Positions 38,830 through 51,600 of a stretch of 64,000 bases of DNA are shown piece after piece. The translations under genes and the position numbers were made by a program. This stretch comes from Octopus vulgaris (lineage: Eukaryota), in NCBI GenBank assembly GCA_951406725.2, contig OX597815.1, positions 135,408,001 to 135,472,000 of the forward strand. The letters are read 5' to 3'. The first letter of the stretch is position 1; each line of letters begins with the position of its first letter. The notes under the pieces were generated by a model. It did no database searches. It saw only the letters and a program-made list of their open reading frames with translations, and had not been told where the DNA came from.

Positions 38830-39600
38830 GGGTTAAGGTTCCTGAGTTCACATCCCTACCAGTTTAAAATTTCCTTTCACCCTTCTAGAGTCGTGAAACA
38901 CAAATACTATATAAAAGAAAAGGTTATCATTATTATTATTATTACTATTATCATTATTATTATTATTATTGTTATTATTATTATTGTTATTATTATCATT
39001 ATTATAATTATAATCTCTATTATTACTACTGAAAGGCAAAGAATTCAACCGAGGTCAACTTTGCTTTTGATCGGAGTCGATAAAATAAAGTAAGAGTACT
39101 GGGGGCGGATGTAATCGACTTCACCCTACCCTCAAAATTGTTTGGCTGGGAGGCAAAATTAGAAGGAATTATAGTTATTAGGAAGGCGGCAAGCTCTCAA
39201 AATCGTTAACGTGTCGGACAAAATGCTTAGAGGTATTTCTTCTGTTTTTTTTTTTTATGTTCTGGGCTCACATCCCGTCGAAGTTAACTTAGCCTTTCAT
39301 CCTTTCGTGGTCGATGAAAAAAAAAAGTAACAATCATGTACTTTCCACAGCCCTCAAAATTGCAAGTCTTGTATCAAAACTAGAAAAAAATCATTATTAA
39401 GATTATGAAAGTAGCGTAGCAGACAAGATGCCTTGCTCTGTATTAGTTCATCCCTTTATAGACGAGGTCGTCATAACCTTTCCGTCTTCTAAGGTCGATA
39501 AATGTGTATACCTGTCAGGCGGTGGAAGGATTAAGTCGACTACTCCGTTCCCCAAAATGTGACCTTGTGCCAAAGGTAAAAAATTATTAGTATTAATACA
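38830..39600 (+). mobile_element. Cluster of decayed family-A SINEs with (ATT)n tracts
   Basis: Repeated CCTTTCATCC...GTCGATAAA...AATCGACT motifs separated by ATTATT runs (38925-39030). Confidence 0.65.
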
Positions 39601-42600
39601 TTAACGTCGCCGGAGACTGAGTTTGTGGAGTCGTCATGTGTATGTCACGTCTGATAGATCAATAAATATATAGGTAATATTCTGTTATTCAGGTATCTAA
39701 CTGAACAGGTTTCATCGGAAGATTTCTCGCCAGCAGCCGAAAGTCCCTGAATAACACCATGTACAAATATATTTATATAGTGTTAAATATAGTACTACAT
39801 TAGTAAAATGATTTTAGAGGAAAGGAAATCATTTTAAACAGTAACAAACCTTCACGCTGATGTTTTTATGCATATATATACTAGCATTCTCATATTTTTG
39901 GTCATAGTGTTTTTATTACCGCTAATTTCGGGACCAACAACAAAAACTGGGATAAAGAGTGTCATTGACAACGGTTCATTTAGTGACCTAAATAACAGAA
40001 GGTTGTCAAATTTTTAATGATTATTTCTGCTATTCACACATACACGTATGTATAGAGAATACCCTCGATCAACAGAATTACCTGCTCCTGAAAAATACGT
40101 GAAAATAGCAGAACATTCCACAGATTTGTGTAACCTAAGCGTAATTCTCGGACAGAATCAGTGTGACAATGTAATAAGGAGGTAACTTTAAATTTCAGAT
40201 ACAATCCACCCGAACACTTTTTATTCAGTTTCTGTTGATATTTCTCGTACTAGGTATGGGTTGATTAAAACCTATTGATCGAACTCGAGAACATGTTGCG
40301 AAACGAACTTCTTAACCACCTGGTCACACACACACAAACACACTCACACACAAGTGCGTGGCCAAGTGGTTAGAGTGTTGGCTCAATATCAAGGACGTGG
40401 GTTTAATTCCTGGATCGTGCGGCGCAGTGTATCCACGAGCAAGGGATATCATTTAATGTTCTAGTCTACTCAGCTGGAAGAAAGTAGTTGCTCCTCCAGC
40501 TGTTTGGTCTCTGATGCTCCGTTGGGTCGAGCGAGAAAAGGGGAAGTACCGATAAAGTGTCTTTGCTCGCGATGAAAAAGGCACATAGGACAGTTAATAA
40601 AAGTGTAGGACAGCAGACCATATCTTACTAAGCTCCTTGAACTTACGAAAATAAAATACTAGTCACTAGTGTGAATGGTCACGACTAACATCATCACCCC
40701 CAAATTTCAGGCTTTGTGTTTACATTACAAATATTTGGCTGTTATTTCTAGAAAATCGAACGATAACAGAAGGGAGAACCTTGTTTCAGGGGAAGAGTTT
40801 TTGCTAGCTTTCTCATAATGTGTCGATGCTGTTGGCATTAATCAGCGTGTTATGTGTTCGTTTTGGACAAAATGAAGGTAGGAAATGGTATTTTAGAGTT
40901 TTCTTAGCGGCAAACTTGCAAAGGGGTTTGTGGAGTGTTAAAAGAGTAAGGATGAAATAGTGAGAGAAGTCGTGCAAGTGATTGAAAAATTCGTATATTG
41001 GGATAGGTTTGTGTACGTTTTTCAAAAAGGTCCACCCCGCATTATACTCTATGAATTTCATAAAATCTTTTACAGATGCAAGATCATCAGTTTATCTCGG
41101 ACAACAGGGTTTTACAGGAGAAATGATTTGAGTGGTGGGAGAGAGACACAGCTTGTTTACCACGAAGAAACAAAACTCGTTCTTACATTTCTTACTATAA
41201 TAGCATGCTCAGAATCACGCAGTTAGCCAGCTGAACGACTGGGTGTGACCCATAAAATGTATTTGTTCCATATATACCAATCGTATTCAGGAGAATGGCA
41301 GTCTGGGTAGGTTTATAGTCTCACCCCTGGAGCCACCAAGAGAGCTTCTACGCGTTCGTTCGACTTGCTAGAAACAGTAGCCAAATCTTCGACTGACAAC
41401 CTACGGTATTCTAGGTGTAGTAGTGCTAATATGCAAGAAAACGAGATGGTCAGGGTTGGAATGTCGATCGAATAATCAAAATTGTTGTAACGGTTAAGAG
41501 ACCGAGAGATAACAGTGCAGAAGAGATAAGCTTTTTCTACCTACCAGATGCAGTTTGTATCGCTTTTTTCTCTTCATTTTTTCTTTGGGGAACGAGAACG
41601 TTTACAAATATACAAAGAGAGTGTAGTAGACATAGTACAGAGTACTACTACATCGAAAGAAGAAAAGGAGAACAAAATAATATATGGAATAGCAATTTTA
41701 TTGTGGGTACTGGAAGGTTTGATACCTCACTAACCGTTTCAGATCGACGAGAATCCATGGACAGTGAGTGTATTATATATTATAAACGCATAAAGCACAT
41801 ATATATATGCATGCATACATATACAAACAAAAGTATATGTACATAGACATAATTAGCTACATATGTATGAATTTATATGTCTATATAAATATAAGTATGC
41901 ATATATTTGTACACATTACATGAGTCTTATACACACACATATATGCGCGCGCACTGATACATTAACTACAATGAAGAAAGCAACCTTGACATACAAGACT
42001 TTCATTTTTTTAGTCTCACGTGTGTTATTGATGTGGCTCTTTACAACGACTGTTACTACTAGTCTTACATCAAGAACAACTCGTACAACATCAACCATAA
42101 CAGTATCTATTTTAGGTACAAGGCCAGCAGTTCCGTAGGGTAGAGGAAGTAGTCGACCCAGTACTTGTTATATCAATCCGGGGAATGAAAAGACGAAGTT
42201 GAGACATCGGTGGGATTTCAACTCAGAATGAAAACAGCCTGAATGAAATAGCTCAAAACAGTTTGTCCGACACTAACAATTCTACTAATTCAGCCATCGA
42301 TGACGGATGAAAGAGATATCATAGTTAAATTTCAAAAAGTATAATTCCTTTATTTGCCACAAGAGCGGCGAATGAGGGGGTATTACAAGGACAAAGTACA
42401 AAACACGAGTTAGTTTCGATTCCCAGTCGGAGTTAATCTCGCTTCACCTCTGCTTCTAAACACTTTTATAAGGCATCGACATCACAACATCCTAGAAGAA
42501 ACCGATTATCACATTTACTGTGTTGTTATTAGCAGTAGGAAAACAGGGTGGCGGAAGGATAGTGATATTAAAAAGCTTTACAGTTATTCATTTGGTCCCC

Positions 42601-44387
42601 ACTGAGTTCTGAGTTCAAATTATACAGCGAGCGACGTCTTTCGCCCTTAGAGGGGACTGATTAAATAATTGTGGTATACTGTTATTGAATGGGCACAAAG
42701 CTTCAGCTATGAAGTTTTGGGTCCATGTAGGAAAATCAGTTAATACAACAAGGTGGTAGTACAGTGCCGAACTATTTTGTTATATTGTTATGATATCGAA
42801 TGCGAAGTGAGAGTGAGGATCGGTAAAAATAGAATACTTGGAATATTGTCTATTCAAATGCTAATCTGAGGCAACGAGGTTCTCAGTGGCTGTTGGAATT
42901 GCTAGAAAGAGCAGCCATATCTCCCACAAAACACACACAGTTTCAGAATTTTAAAAAGGACACATTTACTTGAATTGACTGTCATTTAAAATGCAAAATT
43001 GCACACCCTCATTACTTAAAAAGCCCTGACTAAAAACCCGCAAAGGATATATACTATGCCTGAACATAAAATTGATGGTCATGCTTAGAACGCTTTTGGC
43101 CAAAAAGTCACTTTAATCACGGTTGAAGACTATACAAGAAAATATAAATTTTTTAAAAGATTTTAAGTAAAAAAATAGAATGAGTTGGAAACAAAATTCC
43201 AATATTGTAGTAATGCTTGTAATGGTTTTGGCCTCGTGGCAAAATACAGATGTTGGCATTGTTGTTGCACTGCTGTCGTCCACTGTGGTTCGTTTCTGTT
43301 GTTTCATCGCTCGCGTGTGGGATCTGTTTATATATGTGAGTGAGTATGCTTGAATGTGTAAAAAAAGAGGGAACAAAAAAAAGGACGAATATTGCAGTGT
43401 AACATCAAGGTACAGAAGAGGGGGGGGGGGGGGGCTGAAGAAAGGAAGCGGGGGGGTGTAAAAAATGATGCTAGAATTGTAAGGAGAAGGAGGTGAAGCG
43501 AAGCGTGGGCTTGAAGGAGGTCGGTCGATTTGTTATTCGGCGGGACGCACGTGAGCCGTTTTTTGTTATATTTATTTGCAAAGCTAAGAATTTGGGTTTG
43601 CAGTGGCAGCGGTATGACGTGGATGGGTGGAAAAAAAGAGGTGCAGATTAAAGGAGTGATGAGGTTCGAAATTTGTTTGAAAAAGAAAAAGAAAAAAAAG
43701 TTCAAAAACAATTAATAAGTGGATTGCTGCGGTGTCAACAAATAAGACTTGGGGGTTTGCATTCGCTTGCTGGGTTACATTCCTGATAAACGTCTATTAT
43801 TATTAATTCTCTCATTCAACAACTAGTCCTTCCTTCCTTCGCCAGTAAAGTTAAGATTCACAGGAAAATAAAAGTAAAAGTTTGGATAAACAATAATATA
43901 TAGGTACCCTATATGTGGTCGAACGATTGTCATGTTTAGGAGCATACTTAGAATTACCTCATACAAGTCTTTTAAAATAGCAAAAAAATTTATGAAGTAA
44001 AAAACTAGATTTTGCATGTACACAGAAGATAAAAAGAACAAGAAAAAAAAAAAAAAAAACGTCAGGTCATTACTGTGAACATCCATCGTTTTTCATCTTC
44101 TTCACTGCAGACCAAAGGTTCAACAACTGCTACACTATAAATTAATCGGTCGATCGAACTTGTAATCAACCGATCAATTAATCACTCAATCAATAACAAG
44201 CACACACACACGTATATATATATATATACAAACATACATACATACAAGGGTGTGTATATACATACGTATATGCGTGAAAACATATATATATTGCAAATAC
44301 GTAAAATATAGGGTAGCGAGCCCCTCTAGAAACTTCACCACCAGTGGCCCAGCATATATAAAAAGTCAATAGACAACATATTCTCAA

Positions 44388-44567
44388 TATAAAATAGTGT
44401 ACATTTAAACACAAGAGAAGCCGCCTTCAACAGGCAGTTTTACATGCTAGAAGAAGTAGTCAAAACGACCAAAACCACATTTAAGAGCAATTTAACTACT
44501 TCTTCTAGCGTGTAAAACTGCCTGTTGAAGGCAGTTTCGCTTGTCTTTAAATGTACGCTATTTTATA
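44388..44567. repeat. Inverted repeat, 73-bp arms, 34-bp spacer
   Basis: 44388-44460 vs 44495-44567; 67 of 73 positions complementary by my count. Confidence 0.92.
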
Positions 44568-44831
44568 AATTGCAAATAGGTATATATGGATATGAATGTA
44601 TATATATATATATATATATAAATATATACATATATATGCATACACATACATAAATACATGTAAATATATCAATATACACAAATATATACATGTAGACATG
44701 TAAAAAGTATATAGCCATTTATACACATGCATATAGCTATATATAGAGAGAGAGAGAAACATATGCATATATCGTTAAACATCAGACAGAAATTACATAT
44801 ATACATAACGTATTAAATATATATATTTTTT

Positions 44832-45220
44832 TGTTTGTTTCAGTCATTTGTCTGCGGCCATGCTGAAGCACCGCATTTAGTCGAGCAAATCGACCCAGGA
44901 CTTATTCTTTGTAAGCCTAGTACTTATTCTATCGGTCTCTCTTGCCGAAACGCTAAGTTACGAGAACATAAACACACCAGCATCGGTTGTCAAGCAATGG
45001 TGGGAACACACACACACATATACATACATATATATTATATATATATATATATATATACACGACGGGCTTCTTTCAGTTTCCGTCTACCAAATCCACTCAC
45101 GAGGTTTTGGTCGGCCTGAGGCTATAGTAGAAGACACTTACCCAAGGTGTCGCGCAGTGGAACTGAACCCAGAACCATGTGGTTTGTAAGCAAGCTACAT
45201 ACCACACAGCCACTCCTGCA

Positions 45221-45222
<2 letters not shown>
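44832..45222 (-). mobile_element. Full SINE B-G (tRNA head, CORE-like segment, internal microsatellite, CR1-like tail)
   Basis: Minus: GGTGCAGGAGTGGCTGTGTGGT...GGTTCAGTTCC...CACCTTGGGTAAGTGTCTT...(TA/TG)n...AGCATGGCCGCAGACAAATGACTGAAACAA. Confidence 0.87.
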
Positions 45223-45264
<42 letters not shown>

Positions 45265-45271
45265 TATATAG

Positions 45272-48190
45272 CATCATCTAACGTCCATGTTGGCATGGGG
45301 TGGATTGTTTAACAGGATCCAATTCCAATAGGGTCTAAGAGTTGCACCAGGCTCCAGTGTTCGCTCTAGCATGGTTTCTACAACTGGATGACTTTCCTAA
45401 CACCAACCACTTTACACTAAAAACTAGGTGCATTTTTCATGTCACCAGCACTAGTGAGGTCACCATGCTACCTGCAAGGCTATGAATCCCAAAGTGAGGG
45501 GGGGGAGACTGGAGCAGAGGTACATGGCTACTCACAGGTAGAAGAGAGGGTGGAATAACCATGTGGAGCTGGAAGGAAAATAAATAATGGTGAAGTGATG
45601 TCCAGGTGGCCCCTCAAGGTATGAGGTAAGTAGAAGTGAGTAGGGATACAGGAATTTGGAGCGTGGGAAAGTGGGTGGCGTTTTGGCAAGAGATGGGAGG
45701 AATGGGTCAGGGGAAAAGAGGTAGGAAATTACTAATGATTGGATAGGGTTGAAGGCTGGAAGAAGTGAATGGTGGATAAGGGGTGGGGGAATGACCAATG
45801 ATGCATAGAGTAGGGGGATGCAGTAGAAAACAGCAGAACAAAATGATGACAGAGTAGACAGGTGGAGGGATGAGATGACTGGTGGTGGTGGTGATGATGA
45901 TGAGAGAAATGATTTCATTACTAGCTGGTGGGTATTGGTGATTAGTGTAAAGTGTGTGTGGAGGGTGGAGGGAAAACAGTATGAAAGGATAACAGATGAA
46001 ATGGTTCTGAGGAGCAAGAAAAATATATAGTATCAAGATCTGAAGCTAGAGGGATGAGACGTGGTGGAGGGTAATTTGGGGAAGAGAATGGCTGAAGGGT
46101 TGGGGTTTCTCAAGAATCATATGATGCCATCCATCCTGGTCCTTTGTCATTTCCTCCATGAAGCTCAGTGTTCTTAGTCCAACCTTTGCACTCCTCTGTT
46201 TTCCACAGGTTACCTTTTCAGCAAGTTTCATTCACATTAAGTGATTGGCACTTCTTTTTAAAGCTGTCCTCACCCCATACACACCACATGTCCATGCCAA
46301 CACAGTCTTCTCTTTTTTGCACATTACATTTAATTCCTATGCCCCGTTTTCCTCCCAGTAATTAATATTATGTTGTTCATGTACACTTACATTGCACATC
46401 CAACAGAGTAAGTTCATTTCATTTTTTTTCTATTCTTCTCAAGTCCTCTGCATTCAAGGCCCATGTCTTATTACCATGCTTATTACATTGCAGATCTTAT
46501 TACATTGCAGATCTAACACAACCATCATAAAAATTAGCCCTCTGCTCAGAGAGAAAATAACCTTCAAAGCCAACAGCAGTAGAGGATTCCTTGAACTTTC
46601 TCCAAGCTGTTCTTACTCTAGTTGCTATAATTTCAGAGCAACCACCACCCTTGTAACTTACTTACATCAAGGTAACAAAAGCTATCAGCTACTTCTAGTG
46701 AGCCATCTTGGCATTCAAGGGAGTCTGATTTTAGTATATTCATAGTATGTACTGCTCTGGTGCATCTGTCACATACAAAGCTTATGTTCTCTGCTAATCT
46801 GTCTGTGATTTCATTTCATCTCTTGTGATTCCATAGTTTACATGGAGTAAAGTGTATCGAATTTATACCAACTGTTTTTCTGCATATTGAGTATTGCCAT
46901 TTCCCTGACAATACCAGGGTCCTGTCTTCTTTCTTACTTATTAAAACCTTTGTCTTTGCTAAGTTTAATATCTCTCAATTCTAGGTTTTAGTTTCTCGCC
47001 TGGAATTTCCTCATTAATTTCCCTAGAGATTCAGCTACAAGAACTAGATAATCAATATTTAGCTGTTTCCATGGTCAGCCAGTTTTAAACTTCTCTAATA
47101 TGATCTGTAGGGCCATGGTGAATAGGAAGAGACTGTGGACTGGGCTCTGATGGTCACCAACTTACTGCATCTTTGTACATTGCTTGTACAGCCCTCACAA
47201 ACCATTCAGCAGTAAGCTGCCTTTGTCATTTCTAGATTACAGTGTGTGGTACCCTGTCAAATGCCTTCTCCACATCACTAAAAGCCAGGAATAATAGTTT
47301 ACGCTTAGCCAGGTATTCCTCCTGCAGTTGCCTCACTAGGATGATTACATCCTTGGTACCTCTTGCAGGTATAAAGCCAAACTGCATCTCATCTAGGTCT
47401 ACCCCAAAATGAATCAGATGTGCTATGACTCTCTCTATGAACTTCATAACCAGGTCCTTTAACCTTAATCATTTTCGATGATACTGCTATGCAAGTCATT
47501 GGGTGGTAAACATGTACCTTACCTCATCAGATATTTTGAGCATATCCACAACTATCCCTCATGGATCTGTAGCTTTCCCCCTCTTTATGTCCTTGATTAT
47601 ACTCCCTACCATGCTGCTGTCAACTTAAGCTGTATGTCCCAATGTAGAATCACCAAGAAGTAGTCCCTCTTAGCCCATGCATCCTCTTTATTCAACAGCC
47701 CCTCCTAACAGCATTTCCATACAACTTTCTTGACTTTCATGGAGATAATGAGTACGTCTTCATCATTCGGAATACACTTCACACACATAACATCTTGATT
47801 CTCTCACACACACTGTCTCGCAATCCTAAACACCTCAGTCTTATTATCATCATCATCATCTAACATGCAAAAATCTCTTCATCTCTACTACATCCTTAGC
47901 CAAATATATCTTTTACTTAGTTGCTCTCCTAGCCATTTGGTAATGCTCCCTACAACCACCTTCCATCAGATTTTCCAAGCCTGACTCTAGGGCTGTACCA
48001 CCCTATCAACCACCACCAAGTTACTTGCAGCTTGATTATGACTTTGCTGCTGCTACATGTCCGAAGGTAGCCCCAAGCAGGTTATTTATTTCATAGAAAT
48101 TCCCAGTTTAATTTATACTACCTTTATCTAGGTCTTCCTCCCCAGTGCAATATGCACCAATCAGAATTTCTCTGAATCTGTTCCCAGCTG
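45272..48190 (-). mobile_element. Old RTE LINE: decayed RT, C-terminus, long pyrimidine-rich 3' UTR and E module
   Basis: QFGFIPARGTKDVIILVRQLQEEYLAK...AFSDVEKAFDRVP at 47232-47447; MEEMTKDQDGW near 46150; E module at 45272-45470. Whether 45480-46080 belongs to it is inferred. Confidence 0.8.
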
Positions 48191-48357
48191 TGATGTATAT
48201 ATGTGTGTGAGTGAGAGAGAGAGAGCTTCCATATACATATACATAACAATATACAGGCATCTTTATATGAATATCCATATATATATATATATAAGGATAT
48301 CAATATATGGAAATATATTACACACACACACACGCACGTATGTATGTATGCATGCAT

Positions 48358-48680
48358 GTGAAGGTGCATGGCTTAGTGGTTAGGGAATTCGGCTCATGAT
48401 TGTAAGGTCATGAGTTCAATTCCTGGCGACACATTGTGTCCTTGAGCAAGACACTTTATTTCACGTTGCTCCAGTCCACTCAGCTGGCAAAAAATGAGTA
48501 CTACCTATATTTCAAAGGGCTGGCCTTGTCACACTCTGTATCACGCTGAATCTCACTCAGAACTACGTTAGGGGTACGCATGTCTGTGGATTGCTTAGTC
48601 ACTTGCATGTTAATTTCACGAGCGGGCTGTTCCGTTGATCAGATCAGCTGGGACCCTCGTCGTCATAACCGACGGAGTGC
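48358..48680 (+). mobile_element. Family-C tRNA-derived SINE
   Basis: A box TGGCTTAGTGG, B box GAGTTCAATTCC, CORE-like GTGTCCTTGAGCAAGACACTT; homologous pieces at 6737, 10885, 40060 and 56770. Confidence 0.87.
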
Positions 48681-50350
48681 TCCTTTTTTTATATATACAT
48701 GCATGTATGTATGTACACATGGTAGTGTGCTTAAGAAGCTTGCCTGTCAAATATATAGTTTCGGGTTCAGTCTCATTGTGTGGACTTTGGGTAAGTATCT
48801 TCTATTATATCTGTGGGCTAACCAAAGCTCATTGGTGGACTTGGTTGAGGTAAACTGAAAGCAGCTCATTGTATACATATATATGTATTATGTTTGTGTC
48901 TCTTTGTCATGATATTTCATGATGGTTGTAAATTAAAGTCATCCATTTTGAACGTTCAGCAAAAAACATGTCTGACCATGGGGAAATATTACATTGATTG
49001 GAAACAAGTAAGGGTTGAAGTGTTGGTGACAGAAAGGGTATTTGACCATAGAAAATCACCTCCAATAAACTCCATCATCATGGAAAAGTGGACATTAAAA
49101 TGATGCTGAAGATAAAGTTTATGATGTGATATATATATATAAACATTCAATTTGAAAAATCCACCAGAATGGACCCAAGCGCTAATATATGATATATGAT
49201 ATAAGTTATATGATGTATAAAAACATGTAATATACAAATAGATATCTGTAAATATAAAACCATCCGAATTTCTGAGTACCTCATTTCTTCTAATATGAAA
49301 TACCTGTACATCATCTCCAAACCTTCTAATATATATATACATACATACAAGACAATGTAATAGAATATAATACATGTAATATATAATATATATTATAATT
49401 ATATATATATGTAATATATATCATAATTACACATATATATATATATATATATCTTGAAAATAATCTCCCATTGTTTGTTTTTTGTTTTACACATCATCAT
49501 CAGTCATTGTTTGTTTTTCATGCTGGCATGGAGAGGAAGGTTTGACAGGGTTTGAAAAGCAGTAGAAGTTGTGTTAGGCCACAGTGTCAATTTTGCATAT
49601 AGTTGGATGCCCTTCCTTACACCTACCACAAAAGAGGGAGAGAGTATTGTTGGTAGATATGGGTGAGTATAAAGAATGATAGCAGATAGGAAAGGTGTTG
49701 AAGATGCAGTATGGTGGATCTAAGATGAAGTTTAGAGGAGAAGGTGAGCTAACTGAAGGTGTAGGAAAGGGGTGATTAGTAGAATGTAGTGTGGGAAGAG
49801 ATGATAATGAGAATGAAGGATAGAGTTTAAAAGAAGTGGTTTTAGGAGGAAAAGAAGATAATCGGTAACATTAACAGGGTGTAAAATACAAACAGCATCT
49901 GCTTCCAAATGATTACAGTAGCTGAGTAGTGCCATAGTTAGAAAAGTAACAGAGGGACAGGTGTTAGGAAAACGAGATGTGAGGGAACTCTTGACATGGA
50001 CAGATTGGGTGCAGGGCCCGGTATGAACTGGCATAAGCATAATATTTTCAGGACCTCATTTTAGCCATGATAGACAGGTCTTCTTGAACACAGTGAATCG
50101 TCATTCATCTCAACCATGGGGAAATATTACCTTACAAGAAAACAGGTGAGGGCTGGTTACAAAAAGGGCATCCAGCCATAGAAAATCTGCTTCAATAAAC
50201 TCAGGCCAACCCATTCAAGTATTAAAAGTGGATGTTAGTATTGTTAACTACTGAAACTGAATTTTTATCTTGCAATTCAAGTTTCATATTATTTCAGATA
50301 ATCTACATGCACATATAAGTGTGTATGCGTATACAGATACACAACCATAA

Positions 50351-50429
<79 letters not shown>

Positions 50430-50479
50430 CTCAAACACACACATACACACACATACGTGTGTATATATATACATATATA

Positions 50480-51600
50480 ATCGACTGTTGATAAGATGAA
50501 CTTGAACTCAGCAATGAACCCTGATGAGTTTCCAGGGATTCTTTTAAAGACATGCACAAAATCCCTACAGACATTTTTTCCAAAGCTTTCTTACAAGCGG
50601 CAACCTTCCCCAATTGAAAAAGAAGTCCTATCCATAAAAGAAAAAGCAGAGCAGATGCTAAAAATTACAGGAACATCTCAAAAATACTGTCAGAACAAAG
50701 CAGACCAAGTTACTAGAAGAAAATTACTTAGTCACTGACAAACAGCATAGCTTCTCTCCAGGATGGAACTGTCTCACACAGCTACTATAGCATTATAACT
50801 GGGTACCAAAACAGCAGCCCTCTCATTTAAATTTGAATGTGATATATCTCAACTCTGCAAAGGCCTTCCATAAAGTTGATTACAGAAGGATATATTACAT
50901 AGTAGGAAAACTAGGGGAGTGGTTGCACAACTTTTTTAAAAGATAGGATTTGGACAGTTGCAGCTAGCAGTGCAATCTTCATGGAGAATACTATTCTTAG
51001 AAGAATCCTTCATTTAAACTGTATTGGGACCACTATTGTTTATGGCACCTCTCTCAGACATACCCTCATTCACACAGACAGCTATTCACACCAGGTTCAC
51101 AGATGGTATAAAAGTACGATAGGCAGTTGAGATGATAATACAAAACTCTCGAAAGAGCAAAACGTAATACAAAGGTGAAGAAAACAACATGCAGTCCAAT
51201 AATGGAAGATTTCAAGCACTCTGCTAGTGGCCCACAAACAGATCGCAATTAGAAAACAGAGGACCAGGGGGTATTGCAACCCTGGAGTCACAATCAGATC
51301 TGGGAATCCACATGAGTAATGAAACATTATTTCATGTGCTTATTACCAAGATGGAAATAGTGTGCAGGCAACTGGGTGATTGGCTTTTGAAATCAGCCAC
51401 ATTTGTTCTCAGTTACCTGAACTGCTGTTCACAATTATGACTGTCACATGGCATAAAACACAGTGGAGCTAGGCGCAATACGATGCTATTACACCAAGAA
51501 AATAGTCTTGGTGCAACAGATGACCTACTGAAAGAGGTTAAAAGGTCTGAAGTTCATATCCCTAGGGTAATGATGTGAAATATATGCAGTGATATAGATA
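50480..51600 (+). mobile_element. Highly decayed CR1-group LINE RT region
   Basis: In order: SAMNPDEFPGILLKTC, FSPGWNCLTQLL, VIYLNSAKAFHKVDY, VLGPLLFM, MTY*KRLKGLKFISL; many stops and deletions. Confidence 0.8.

Noticed and set aside
40813-41340. Coding-like stretch (ORFs of 82 and 88 aa)
   Set aside because: No motif I can identify; probably old transposon debris. Similar unresolved stretches lie at 14230-14790 and 60560-61950.
42591-42612. TTTGGTCCCC, the start of miR-133
   Set aside because: Match ends after 10 nt, no hairpin, and it lies in a decayed SINE head.
50515-50545. CTGATGAG possible hammerhead core
   Set aside because: No stem II or GAAA; it encodes PDE in the CR1 RT remnant.
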